From: Macrostomum lignano
Lineage: Eukaryota
DNA: 64,000 nt
Reading direction: 5' to 3'
Assembly (NCBI GenBank): GCA_002269645.1
Contig: NIVC01000032.1
Span: forward strand, 186,001-250,000
The position numbers and the translations under genes are program-made. The notes under the pieces are model-generated. The model had not been told where the DNA came from. It saw only the letters and a program-made list of their open reading frames with translations, and ran no database searches. Positions 23,042-34,000 of this stretch are shown piece after piece. Numbering within the stretch: position 1 is the stretch's first letter; every line of letters begins with the position of its first letter.

Positions 23042-23957
23042 ATGCGTTATATGCGTTATATGCACCTGCCTCAACAAGTCTTTGTCCGAGCGGACCCTCC
23101 CTAAGCCGGCCGTCTCCATTCTGCAGTGCATCTTTCTGAGTCGTCTGCAGAAGCTTTCAGGCATATCGGTGGCCCAGTTCAGCTCGCGAACTGCCACCTG
23201 TTTGCTGTTTCTCTTCAGCCGAGTCTGCCACCTGCTCAACCTGAGCAGCTCCGCTGACGGTCCGTCAGACGAGGCCAACTCGTGCGAGCTCGTGGTGGAC
23301 TCCGAGCTTGACGTGCTCACCGCCAATCGGCACTTTGCCGCCGTGTGGCTCGGAGGCAGAGGCGAGCAGCTCGAGAACCTCGTGTGCAGCGATGGCGGCC
23401 AGAAGAACGTCGTCCAGCACACCGGAGTGACTTGGACTGACGAGGGCGCCAAGATGGACGGCCTGACATCCAGGATATGGGTGGACGACACCGCCGGGTT
23501 CGACTTCAACAACAGCTTCACGTTTCTGATGGAGCTGAAGAGGCAACCGAAGATTAAGCGCTTTCATTGAGCTCACCGACTGCAGCTCTTACAATCAAAT
23601 TTGGCTTCAATTCTGGGAATGGGACCCACCCAAAGTGACTCGCAAGCTCTACATTCAAACCGGACACCGGAACTTCTACTCCAGTAACCAGGTGCTGCCA
23701 ATTCGAAGCGACCAGTTCGTCCGAGTCGGCGCCGATGATCATGGACAGGACCCGACTGTTCGTTGACGGGTCTCTCATTCCCGACAACCAAGTGTCTCGT
23801 CAACAACGTCAACTTTGCCAAAATCGACAACATCTGCGTGAAGATCGGTTGGCGCGACCTGACTGGCTCGAACTCCAAAATAAACGGCACTGTGAAGATG
23901 CTGGCCGTGTCAAACTTCTATCTGACCACCTACGTCATCAACCGGCTGTTCAACTAA
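23042..23957 (+). pseudogene. PAN/apple-like plus LamG/concanavalin-like jelly-roll gene broken by four frameshifts
   Basis: The stitched frames read RYMHLPQQVFV.../SILQC...FSSRTATCLLF (PAN-like), GAKMDGLTSRIWV...FDFNNSFTF, RLFVDG and VKIGW...INGTVKMLAVSNFYLTTYVINRLF (LamG-like). Segments start at 23042, 23082, ~23560, ~23735 and ~23795. Confidence 0.6.
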
Positions 23958-24284
23958 GCGATTGTGAAGGAAGCATCTGAAAATTATAGTAAAATAATTT
24001 TCTGTTGCAACGTTTACTGCTGCAGTTCAGAGTTCTTGGCAAAACGGAAAAACTGATGCAGGTTTGCGTCTGCGTTCGATAGGTACGAAGTGTATTTCTA
24101 GTTTTTGATACTACGTACATGTAGATGTATGGCAAGATTATCTACAATAAATACATGTAATTGGATACCCGATACGATGTCGCACGAAAATGGGTACTCT
24201 TACATTTTACCAACGTTTTGCCGGCGTATAACATCGCGCTCCATTGGCATAATGTAATAAGACCGGGAGCACGAGAAATGCCCG

Positions 24285-24657
24285 CAGACGAATTGCCCGT
24301 AGGAGATTTGCCTGCAGGAGATTTGCCCGTGGAGATTTTCCCACCGAGCGTTTCCCGCCGAGAATTGCCCACAGTGCATTTTGCCCGTGAGCGAATTGCC
24401 CGCCGAGGTTTGCCCGCAAAGCTTTTTTCCTACAGCGCATTTAGCCACGCGGTAGATTTTGTCTGCATTGCCTCCCCAATGCTTAGTAAGTCTTAATAAA
24501 GAGATTTACACGATCAAAACGCTTTGATAGTAACTGCATATCAAATGCATATTTTGGGGGGGGGGCAATGTAGACAGAATGTAGCTGCCAAATGCGCTGC
24601 AGAAAAAAAGCATTGCGGGCAAATCTCGGCGGGCAAATCTCCTGCAGGAAAATCTCA
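24285..24657. mobile_element. Two facing, inverted ends of a MITE-like element with 15-bp subterminal repeats
   Basis: The left block (ggagatttgcccg repeats ending ...gcaaagcttttttcctacagcgcatttagc, ~24447) is the reverse complement of the right block (gccaaatgcgctgcagaaaaaaagcattgcgggcaaatctc..., 24587-24657). Related repeats are at 61020-61140. Confidence 0.5.
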
Positions 24658-25097
24658 TGGACCCAATAAGACTACCGATAAGCTAGCGACGTCTACTGAC
24701 ATTAGGTATACCGTTGGTGGACACATGTATACAAAATTGCGGATCTACAAACTCGCATAAAATATTGTATTCCTTTCAATATCTATCCTTCTATATTTTG
24801 TTTCCTAGAAGTACTCGTACTACAAGCGTACGTAATAGTGCAAAAAATATATTGATTCCTACAAATTTGAATTCGATTGGCTTCCCTGCCTCAATATTCA
24901 TGTCAGGCCATTCTTGACAATGCGAATCAACGCTATATTGTTTTAATCGGGTTCATTTAAAACATTGTTATTGGCAAAACACAATCATTTCATGTGAAGA
25001 AATCCAAAATAGGAAGAGGAAAAGAGAAAATACGAAATTCAATAAATAAGCCACTCAAGAAACCCCACAATTCGATTAGTTTGAACCGATTATAAAT

Positions 25098-26741
25098 CTA
25101 GGGTGTACTGAACACCTGCAGTCTCATGTTCGAACTGTCAGCCACCACCAGCTGCTCCCGCGGACCTCCAGTCACCACTGCCAGACCCAATGGATGCCTG
25201 AATCTGCCGTCTCGTATGCCGCTCTCGCCCGGAGTCCCCAGAGTCCATAGCAGTGACCCTGTGTCTGCAGCCACCGCTCGCACTGAGTGACCATCAATTT
25301 CACCCACGAACAAGCGGAAGTTGTTGTCGACGGCCACATCCTCTGGATAGGCAAACTGTTGGAGGCCGGATCGCTGCGTCGGGAAGGAGGCGACCAGCTG
25401 CTGGGTGTCGATGCGCACTCTGTGCACCTGCTTGTGCCTCCTGTCTGTCACCAGAATGCAGTTGTCGTGAGTCGTCAGGTTACCCAGTCGAGCATCAGGA
25501 AGCTGAGACAGCGTGATGACCGTCTCCATCTGCCAAGTCACTTTGCTGAATGCAACAATTTTGTTTCCACTGGACACAAACACGAAGGCTGCGTTGCCGC
25601 CGATACCACAGATGTCACCGAAGCCCACGATGTGTGGGCGGACTCGATGCACTGCGCGACCGCTCAGGTCCGTCACTGTCACTGCGTCACGCTGAGCAAT
25701 GAAAAGCAGCTGACGGTCGCAGTGAAGGCCACAGATGTCATTCTTCCAGTCGATGTCGCAATGGCACCGTAGCTTCTGTGAGCCGTCCACAGACAGCACC
25801 AGTAGGTGGTCTCTGCTGGGATACAACGATGCAAGAATGCAGGGCTGAGGTATAGCCTTGCTGAAGTATCCCGCTGAGTCGGCGGGAACCACACGTCCTG
25901 AGCGGTCACCAATGAATCCGCTGGTGTCGCTGCACACAGCCAGCCATCCAACATAGCCATCCAGCTTCACCTCGTGACTGAAGACCATCGGCTCCCACAT
26001 TCTCTCAGCAGCGTCTATCTCCTCAGATGTCGCGGTCACCGCAGCGTCTCTCGACCAGTCGCCCTCTTCACTGCGTCCCGCACAAATGCCGACCAGCCGC
26101 TCGAGCTGGCTCAGAAGCCGCAGCTGCAGCTCCTCATTGTCGCTCTGGTCTCTGAGCAGGCGCTCTGACCTCTCAAAGTCGGCCTTCAAGTCTCCAAGCG
26201 ATTCGTGCATGGACTGGACCAGGCGAAGCAGCTCCGCCATGTCGCCTGCAGCCTCCGCCGTGGCCACCTCCTGCTTGTAGCTGGAGACGTCCTCGAGGTC
26301 CCACTTGCACACACGCACTGCCTCAAGCACACCCGAGAGCTGGCCCGTCACCCTGCTACGAAACGAGTCGATGTGTTGCTGTACCAAATCGAATTTGTGA
26401 TTGACCTCTTGCAGCTGCTGTTGGATGTCGAGAGCGAGACGACGCAGCGACTCAGCGTCTTGTCTTGGTCGCAGCAGCGTTTCACGGCCAGCTGCACCTG
26501 CTGCGCCTTGTGACTCTTGTGAGTCTTGTGACTCTTGTGAGTAGGCACGCAGCAGCTCTTCGACCTCCTCCTTGAGCTTGAATAGATTGGCCACATCGAC
26601 ACTGAGGTGTTGACTGCACATGTGGCAGCGGGAGAACGGAGCCACACCGACTGCAGCTTGGTCGCAGATGATGCAGAGAGGAGTTGGGGAAGCGGGAGGC
26701 GCGTCCGAACTCGAGCTGTCGCTGGAGTCTCCAAGACTCAT
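25098..26741 (-). CDS. Intronless Zn-binding (B-box-like)/coiled-coil/NHL beta-propeller protein (TRIM-NHL-like, no RING), ~547 aa
   Basis: Single long ORF with CIIC...CHMCSQH, a heptad-rich middle, and NHL repeats (FAYPEDVAVD, GESGIRDGRFRHPLGLAV, VVADSSNMRLQVF). ATG at 26741 is preceded by an acceptor-like atttag. Confidence 0.85.
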   Translation of the reverse strand: MSLGDSSDSSSSDAPPASPTPLCIICDQAAVGVAPFSRCHMCSQHLSVDVANLFKLKEEVEELLRAYSQESQDSQESQGAAGAAGRETLLRPRQDAESLRRLALDIQQQLQEVNHKFDLVQQHIDSFRSRVTGQLSGVLEAVRVCKWDLEDVSSYKQEVATAEAAGDMAELLRLVQSMHESLGDLKADFERSERLLRDQSDNEELQLRLLSQLERLVGICAGRSEEGDWSRDAAVTATSEEIDAAERMWEPMVFSHEVKLDGYVGWLAVCSDTSGFIGDRSGRVVPADSAGYFSKAIPQPCILASLYPSRDHLLVLSVDGSQKLRCHCDIDWKNDICGLHCDRQLLFIAQRDAVTVTDLSGRAVHRVRPHIVGFGDICGIGGNAAFVFVSSGNKIVAFSKVTWQMETVITLSQLPDARLGNLTTHDNCILVTDRRHKQVHRVRIDTQQLVASFPTQRSGLQQFAYPEDVAVDNNFRLFVGEIDGHSVRAVAADTGSLLWTLGTPGESGIRDGRFRHPLGLAVVTGGPREQLVVADSSNMRLQVFSTP

Positions 26742-27101
26742 TTCAACACCGCAGGTCCTAAATCTTATTTCGTTTAAAAGCAAAAACTAAATTTTCGCCC
26801 AGGGGCTGCCTTTTAGCCAGCTGCAGCATGGATGGGGGTGCACAGTTTACATTGGCCAGGGGCAGGAGACTGTTCACCGCCTAGAGAACGCATCTGCCTG
26901 CTGCGGAAGACGCAAAGCAACTGCGTTATTTGACGTAGCTGTGGGCTTGGTTCAGAGCGAAGTTGTTTATTTCTTGGCTGCGGGTTAGGACTGTAAGTGA
27001 CATATTGGCCCAGTGACAATGATCACTAACAGACGGCAAAGCATTTTTTCTAGACCTACAATATTGGCTCTTGTAAACTTTCTTCAACCTATATTTAACT
27101 A

Positions 27102-27300
27102 GGGGGTTGTACAATGTAGCCTAGTGGTTATAATGGAGCCTTCGACTTGAAGGTCGCGGGTTCGATTCATGAACAACAACTGGACCAATTTGTGTTCTTG
27201 AGCAAGACACTTAACTCTCTGCACTGCTTCAGTTCACCCAGCTTTACGTGTAAAATGGGTGCCAGCATTAGCTGGGGTAACCCCCCAGTCAATGGACTGA
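27102..27300 (+). mobile_element. tRNA-derived SINE with CORE-like central domain (copy 1)
   Basis: A box TAGCCTAGTGG (27117-27127) and B box GTTCGATTC (27160-27168), then GTGTTCTTGAGCAAGACACTTAACTCTCTG...TGTAAAATGGG, which resembles the MIR/CORE domain. A second copy is at ~55992. Confidence 0.75.
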
Positions 27301-28009
27301 ACAGCCGTACGCAGCCTTCAGATGCGCCGCGCAATAGCTGCGGCTCAGCGGTCGGTTGCACATCTGGCCCAATAGGATCAGATGTAATATCAGTTATATT
27401 AATTATTATTATTAACTTTATTAACCACGTTTACGTGTGATAGTCAACCAGAATAATAGCAGACGAAGATCGAATATACTCTTAGACTTAATCAATTGTA
27501 ACACATAAACATTCTGTCGTTGTTATAACGAATCGCAATGCATCCTCACTACAACATATCTGTAAGAACCCTGTAGACGTACGAAATACTGTAAAAAACG
27601 TGGGTTGTCCAATACAATCATAGTCAAGTTTTCATGCTACTACAGTACTACTCTGACCCCAATATAAAATGAGTAGTCTGTAATGCACTAGCCCAGAATA
27701 TCTATTACATTCTGGTTAAATTTGCAACTAAGGGTGGTGTACTTTTGCTTTCGTACGCGGCGGTAGGTTGGGTGTCGAAACTCATGTCGCTTTGAGGCAA
27801 ATCACAACTCCGATTGGCTCGTCTCTGAAAGACTATTTTAAAAAGGTCATTTTAAAGTTATATTGTAGAATTACGCTCATAGAAGCACTCACATTGAGCA
27901 TTCATTCTATAATTTCGGCAACACTAAAGTAGTCTCAGCCCTACAGATGAAGGATCAGTTCATTGTCAGCACCGTTAGCTAATTATCGGCGCATCAACAT
28001 TGAGCAGAC

Positions 28010-31000
28010 ATGCCATCTTTAAAAATCACCAGTAAAGTCTCCATCCTTGTTGTAATATTGGCGTGCAACACTGTCTGGTCGGTTGCAGATACTAAGTAAG
28101 TCCGATTACTTCGACTAATAGTTTTATCAAAAAGAGATAATCAAGCTGGGTGAATGACAGGAGCTCAAAGTTTGCCGCCTCCTGGATGTGGCGTCCACCA
28201 GCCCAGGAGAAGGGGCGCCTACCAAGACACAGGGGCGCCTACCAAGACACAGGGGCGCCTACCAAGACACAGGGGCGCCTACAAACACACAGGGGCGCCT
28301 ACCAAGACACAGGGGCGCCTATCAAGACACAGGGGCGCCACCCAAGAGACAGGGGCGCCTATCAAGACACAGGGGCGCCTACCAAGACACAGGGGCGCCA
28401 GCTAATAGACAGGGGCGCCACCTAAGAGACAGGGGCGCCACCCAAGAGACAGGGGCGTCATCCAAGGGACAGGGGCGCCACCTAAGAGACAGGGGCGCCA
28501 TCCAAGGGACAGGGGCGCCAGCTAATAGACAGGGGCGCCCACCAAGAGACAGGGGCGCAAGCTAATAGACAGGGGCGCCCACCAAGAGACAGGGGCGCCT
28601 ACCAAGACACAGGGGCGCCACCCAAGAGACAGGGGCGCCCACCCAAGAGACAGGGGCGCCCACCCAAGAGACAGGAGCGCCACCCAGGACACAGGGGCGC
28701 CACCCAAGACACAGGGGCGCCTACCAAGACACAGGGGCGCCCACCCAAGACACAGGGGCGCCTACCAAGACACAGGGGCGCCACCCAAGAGACAGGGGCG
28801 CCCACCAAGAGACAGGGGCACCTACCAAGAGACAGGGGCGCCACCTAAGAGACAGGGGCGCCCACCAAGAGACGCCTTGCTTTCTGGCTTGTGGGTCAAC
28901 TGTCGGCTAAACCAATAGCTCGTACTATAAAAATTTACATCTATGTAATATCTACTCATAATTTAAGCCCATCTTCGGATCAGCACATTCACATTGCTGG
29001 CAGCCAGTCCGTTATGGTTGGCGATGAACCTGACGCAGACACCGATTCTGAACAGCGACTCAAAGCGTGAGTCGTGATTTGCTTGGTCTGTTGTATTATT
29101 CTGATGGATAAGTGACCGTCTATCTTAAATATTAAGTACGCTCGTAGATGCCATTTTAAATGAGATGGTAGTAGCTGTTTACAAGCTTTCATGTGCATTT
29201 TTAGTCCATGAATAGTTTTCGAAGTTAGAATGTCATTTTTGAAGATTAGATCTTATCTTTGAAGGTTGGATGCCATCTTTGGAGATTGGATGCCATCTTT
29301 AAAGATAGGATGCCATTTTTGAAGGTTGAATGCCATTTTTGAAGATTTGATGCTATCTTTAAAGATAGGATGCCATTTTTGAAGGTTGAATGCCATTTTT
29401 GAAGATTTGATGCTATCTTTAAAGATAGAATGCCATCTTTGAAGATTGGATGCCATCTTTGAAGGTTGAATGCCATCTTTGAAGATTGGATGCCATCTTT
29501 GAAGATTGGATGCCATTTTTGAAGGTTGAATGCCATTTTTGAAGATTTGATGCTATCTTTAAAGATAGAATGCCATCTTTGAAGATTGGATGCCATTTTT
29601 GAAGATTGAATACCATCTTTGAAGATTGGATGCCATCTTTGAAGGTTGAATGCCATCTTTGAAGATTGGATGCCATCTTTGAAGGTTGAATGCCATCTTT
29701 GAAGATTGGATGCCATCTTTGAAGGTTGAATACCATCTTTGAAGATTGGATGCCATCTTTGAAGGTTGAATACCATCTTTGAAGATTGGATGCCATCTTT
29801 GAAGGTTGAATGCCATCTTTGAAGATTGGATGCCATCTTTGAAGGTTGAATACCATCTTTGAAGATAGGATGCCATTTTTGAAGGTTGGATGCCATTTTT
29901 GAAGATTGAATGCCATCTTTGAAGATTGGATGCCATCTTTGAAGGCTAGATGCCATTTTTCAAAATGGATGCCATCCTCGAAGGCTCGATGCCATCTTTG
30001 AAGATTAGAGTCTCCAAAAATCTTCTCTATTCCTTTAAAGAAGGAAACAGTTGATGCTACAGTGTGCAGTCTTGATGGCGTGCAGTGCATTCTAAATTAG
30101 CTTCTCTGCTTAATAATAAATAGATTAGGCTAAAAAACACCGACGCTCCACAAGCATTCAAAAAGAGGCGATACCAAAAAACAAAAAGCAATTCCTGCCG
30201 ACGATTCTCATTGCAGGAAAAACATTATCGATCGGCTGCTGCAGAACTACACGAGACAGAACAGTCCTCATGGAGGTGAGCTGCATGAGCACACCTTGCG
30301 TGTTTGAAGACAAGGGATGACTTCATCCTCCCTCACTCTCATTCTCACTCTCTCACTCTGCATCTACAGGCCCTTGACAAACACTTGAAACCTTGACAAA
30401 CACTATTCCAGAAAAAAATATTTGCCGGAGGGCTTTGGGGCGCCCTGGCGCAACCGCGTCGGCGACATCCTCCCACAACCAGGGCTGACGGCAATTCTGC
30501 CATCCCGCTGACTCCTGAGCCATGCAAGCGCGCCAATACTGTACGCAGGCACAGCACTCATGCACACGCTCACGCAGAGTGTACAGCAGCCTCCTGACTT
30601 TCTAATCGTCAGGCATTTACACTCTCTGCCTTGGAGGTTGGCCCATGGGGGTTGGTGACTAAATGACTGATTGATTAGAAGAAAGAGTGACTAGAAGAAA
30701 GAGTGACTAGAAAACAGAGTGACTAGAAAACAGAAGGACTAGAAGACAGAGTGACAAGAATTCAGAGTGACTAGAAGACAGAGTGACTAGAAGACACAGT
30801 GACTAGAAAACAGAATGACTAGAAGACAGAGTGACTACAAGACAGAGTGACTACAAGACAGAGTGACTAGAAGATAGAGTGACAAGAGACAGACTGACTA
30901 GAAGACAGAGTGACAAGAATTCAGAGTGACTAGAAGACAGAGTGACTAGAAAACAGAGTGACTAGCAAACAGAGTGACTAGAAAACAGAAGGACTAGAAG

Positions 31001-34000
31001 ACAGAGTGACAAGAATTCAGAGTGACTAGAAGACACAGTGACTAGAAAACAGAATGACTAGAAGACAGAGTGACAAGAATTCAGAGTGACTAGAAGACAG
31101 AGTGACTAGAAGACAGAGTGACTACAAGACAGAGTGACTAGAAGACAGAGTGACTAGAAAACAGAGTGACTAGAAAACAGAGTGACTAGAAGACAGAGTG
31201 ACAAGAATTCAGAGTGACTAGAAGACAGAGTGACTAGAAGACACAGTGACTAGAAAACAGAATGACTAGAAGACAGAGTAACAAGAATTCAGAGTGACTA
31301 GAAGACAGAGTGACTAGAAGACAGAGTGACTAGAAGACAGAGTGACTACAAGACAGAGTGACTAGAAGATAGAGTGACAAGAGACAGACTGACTAGAAGA
31401 CAGAGTGACAAGAATTCAGAGTGACTAGAAGACGGAGTGACTAGAAGACAGAGTGACTAGAAGACAGAGTGACTACAAGACAGAGTGACTACAAGACAGA
31501 GTGACAAGAATTCAGAGTGACTAGAAGACAGAGTGACTAGAAGACAGAGTGACTACAAGACAGAGTGACTAGAAGATAGAGTGACAAGAGACAGACTGAC
31601 TAGAAGACAGAGTGACAAGAATTCAGAGTGACTAGAAGACGGAGTGAGTAGAAGACAGAGTGACTAGAAGACAGAGTGACTACAAGACAGAGTGACTAGA
31701 AAACAGAGTGACTAGAAAACAGAGTGACTAGAAAACAGAAGGACTAGAAGACAGAGTGACAAGAATTCAGAGTGACTAGAAGACAGAGTGACTAGAAGAC
31801 ACAGTGACTAGAAAACAGAAGGACTAGAAGACAGAGTGACAAGAATTCAGAGTGACTAGAAGACAGAGTGACTAGAAGACACAGTGACTAGAAAACAGAA
31901 TGACTAGAAGACAGAGTGACAAGAATTCAGAGTGACTAGAAGACAGAGTGACTAGAAGACAGAGTGACTAGAAGACACAGTGACTAGAAAACAGAATGAC
32001 TAGAAGACAGAGTGACTACAAGACAGAGTGACTAGAAGATAGAGTGACAAGAGACAGACTGACTTGAAGACAGAGGGACAAGAATTCAGAGTGACTAGAA
32101 GACGGAGTGACTAGAAGACAGAGTGACTACAAGATAGAGTGACTACAAGATAGAGTGACTAGAAGATAGAGTGACAAGAGACAGACTGACTAGAAGATAG
32201 AGTGACTAGAAGACAGAGTGACTAGAAGACAGAGTGACTAGAAGACAGAGTGACTAGAAGACAGAGTGACTAGAAGACAGAGTGACTAGAAGACAGAGTG
32301 ACTAGACGAAAAGTGCAAGGGTATTGAGTTCTTGCGATTCTAGCGATGCAGAAAAATTCATTGAAAAGTTTATCCTTTTAGTCAGTGACTTCCTTTGCCG
32401 TCGTAAATAATTTCTGTTTTGTCCTTGACGCCCTGTATGTATGGCTTAGGACAAGACTAATTCCCTTTACATCCGATGCGAACCATGAGATTTACAGCTA
32501 GACTGCCTCTTTTTGTTGTTCATGTGAACGATATTTTTTGTTGCTAATGCTGACTGAAGGATTATTCAAATGTATTTTCTTTACCTCATTATTCATTATG
32601 ATATGGTTATTTTTACACTGTAACATTGCCTCTGATGATTAGAGTGGGCATCTAACGGACCATAAATTACAATATGGTCTATACAACTGTTTGTCTCTTG
32701 TATAATTAGTATAACTCTGAAAGGCCTAGTACGAACTTTTGTTTATGATAAACATACTAGCTATATGGTAGTTATGCATCAACTTCGATATCGATCGATA
32801 AATGTACTTTAATAATAGAACTGTACATCTACTTCAATATCTACAGACAAATGTTCTTATAATAATAGAACTGTACATCTACTTCAATATCTACAGACAA
32901 ATGTACTTTTAATAATATAACTGTACATCTACTTCAATATCTACAGACAAATGTACTTTTAATAATATAACTGTACATCTACTTCAATATCTACCGATAG
33001 AAGCACCTCAATAACACGCAGAAACATCAAAGCAAAATAATTCTCAACAGATTTATGAACAAATTTTTTCCAGGAAATCGATGAGGCCCTATTTATTTAT
33101 TAGTCCATCTCATGTGGGCTTCAAATCGACAGCAGCCTTGAGACGAGATTTGCATGTCTGCCTGTGCGGCAAAAAAACTTCAGCCGCTTAAGTTTGCAAT
33201 CGTTTTTTTCGGGAGGGAAGTCTTTGCCTCAGCCTCCTTCATCGATTTTTTGCATATTTATGTCAACACTTTGCCTGCAGTGGGGCTTCTGCCGGGGGCC
33301 GGTGTGGGCGATGAGTGGAGAGAGAAAGAAGAGAAGAAGAAAGACAAATGCAAGTAAGGGAAGGCGGCGAGAGGGAGACGGGGTGACAATATTCAGAGTG
33401 ACAAGAATTCAGAGTGACAAGAATTCAGAGTGACTAGAATTCAGAGTGACTAGAAGACAGAGTGACTAGAAAACAGAGTGACTAGAAGACAGAGTGACTA
33501 GAAGACAGAGTGACTAGAAAACAGAGTGACTAGAAAACAGAGTGACTAGAAGGCAGAGTGACTAGAAGGCAGAGTGACTAGAAGACAGAGTGACTAGAAG
33601 GCAGAGTGAAAGTGACAAGAGGCAAGCAGCGAGATAAGAGCCTTAATAATAAATCTGAAATAAAATAAGAAAAGACAAATAAAAAAAGTGGTTTCCGGGC
33701 CTTCGCTCCATCCCGAACCCAGCAGGCCAGCATTTTTTCGTCACGCTCAGCTGGATTCGCCCTTTCCTTGTTCTTGTCCTCATCCCAGCCCTATGTCGAA
33801 CAAAACGGATTACTTAGCGAAGGTTATGAGGAGCCCATTTGCAGATTGGAGCGGATCCAAATGACACACATGTATCACATGACGTCTAGTATACTGTATA
33901 CTTCTTATATTAATAAGCCTTCCTGTCTGTTATACTGAACCACTCGATCTTGTGTGTGAGTGTGTACTGGACCCCCCCCCCGCCTATACCGCCCGCCTTC

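Noticed and set aside
27102-27180. tRNA genes at about 27110, 55995 and 18500
   Set aside because: A/B boxes are present, but there is no closing acceptor stem and each runs into a shared SINE body.
28984-29025. [12 protein letters not shown] aligns by eye with RHIM amyloid motifs
   Set aside because: It lies just after the signal peptide, in the extracellular N-terminal extension of the Cys-loop channel. A short chance match is more likely.
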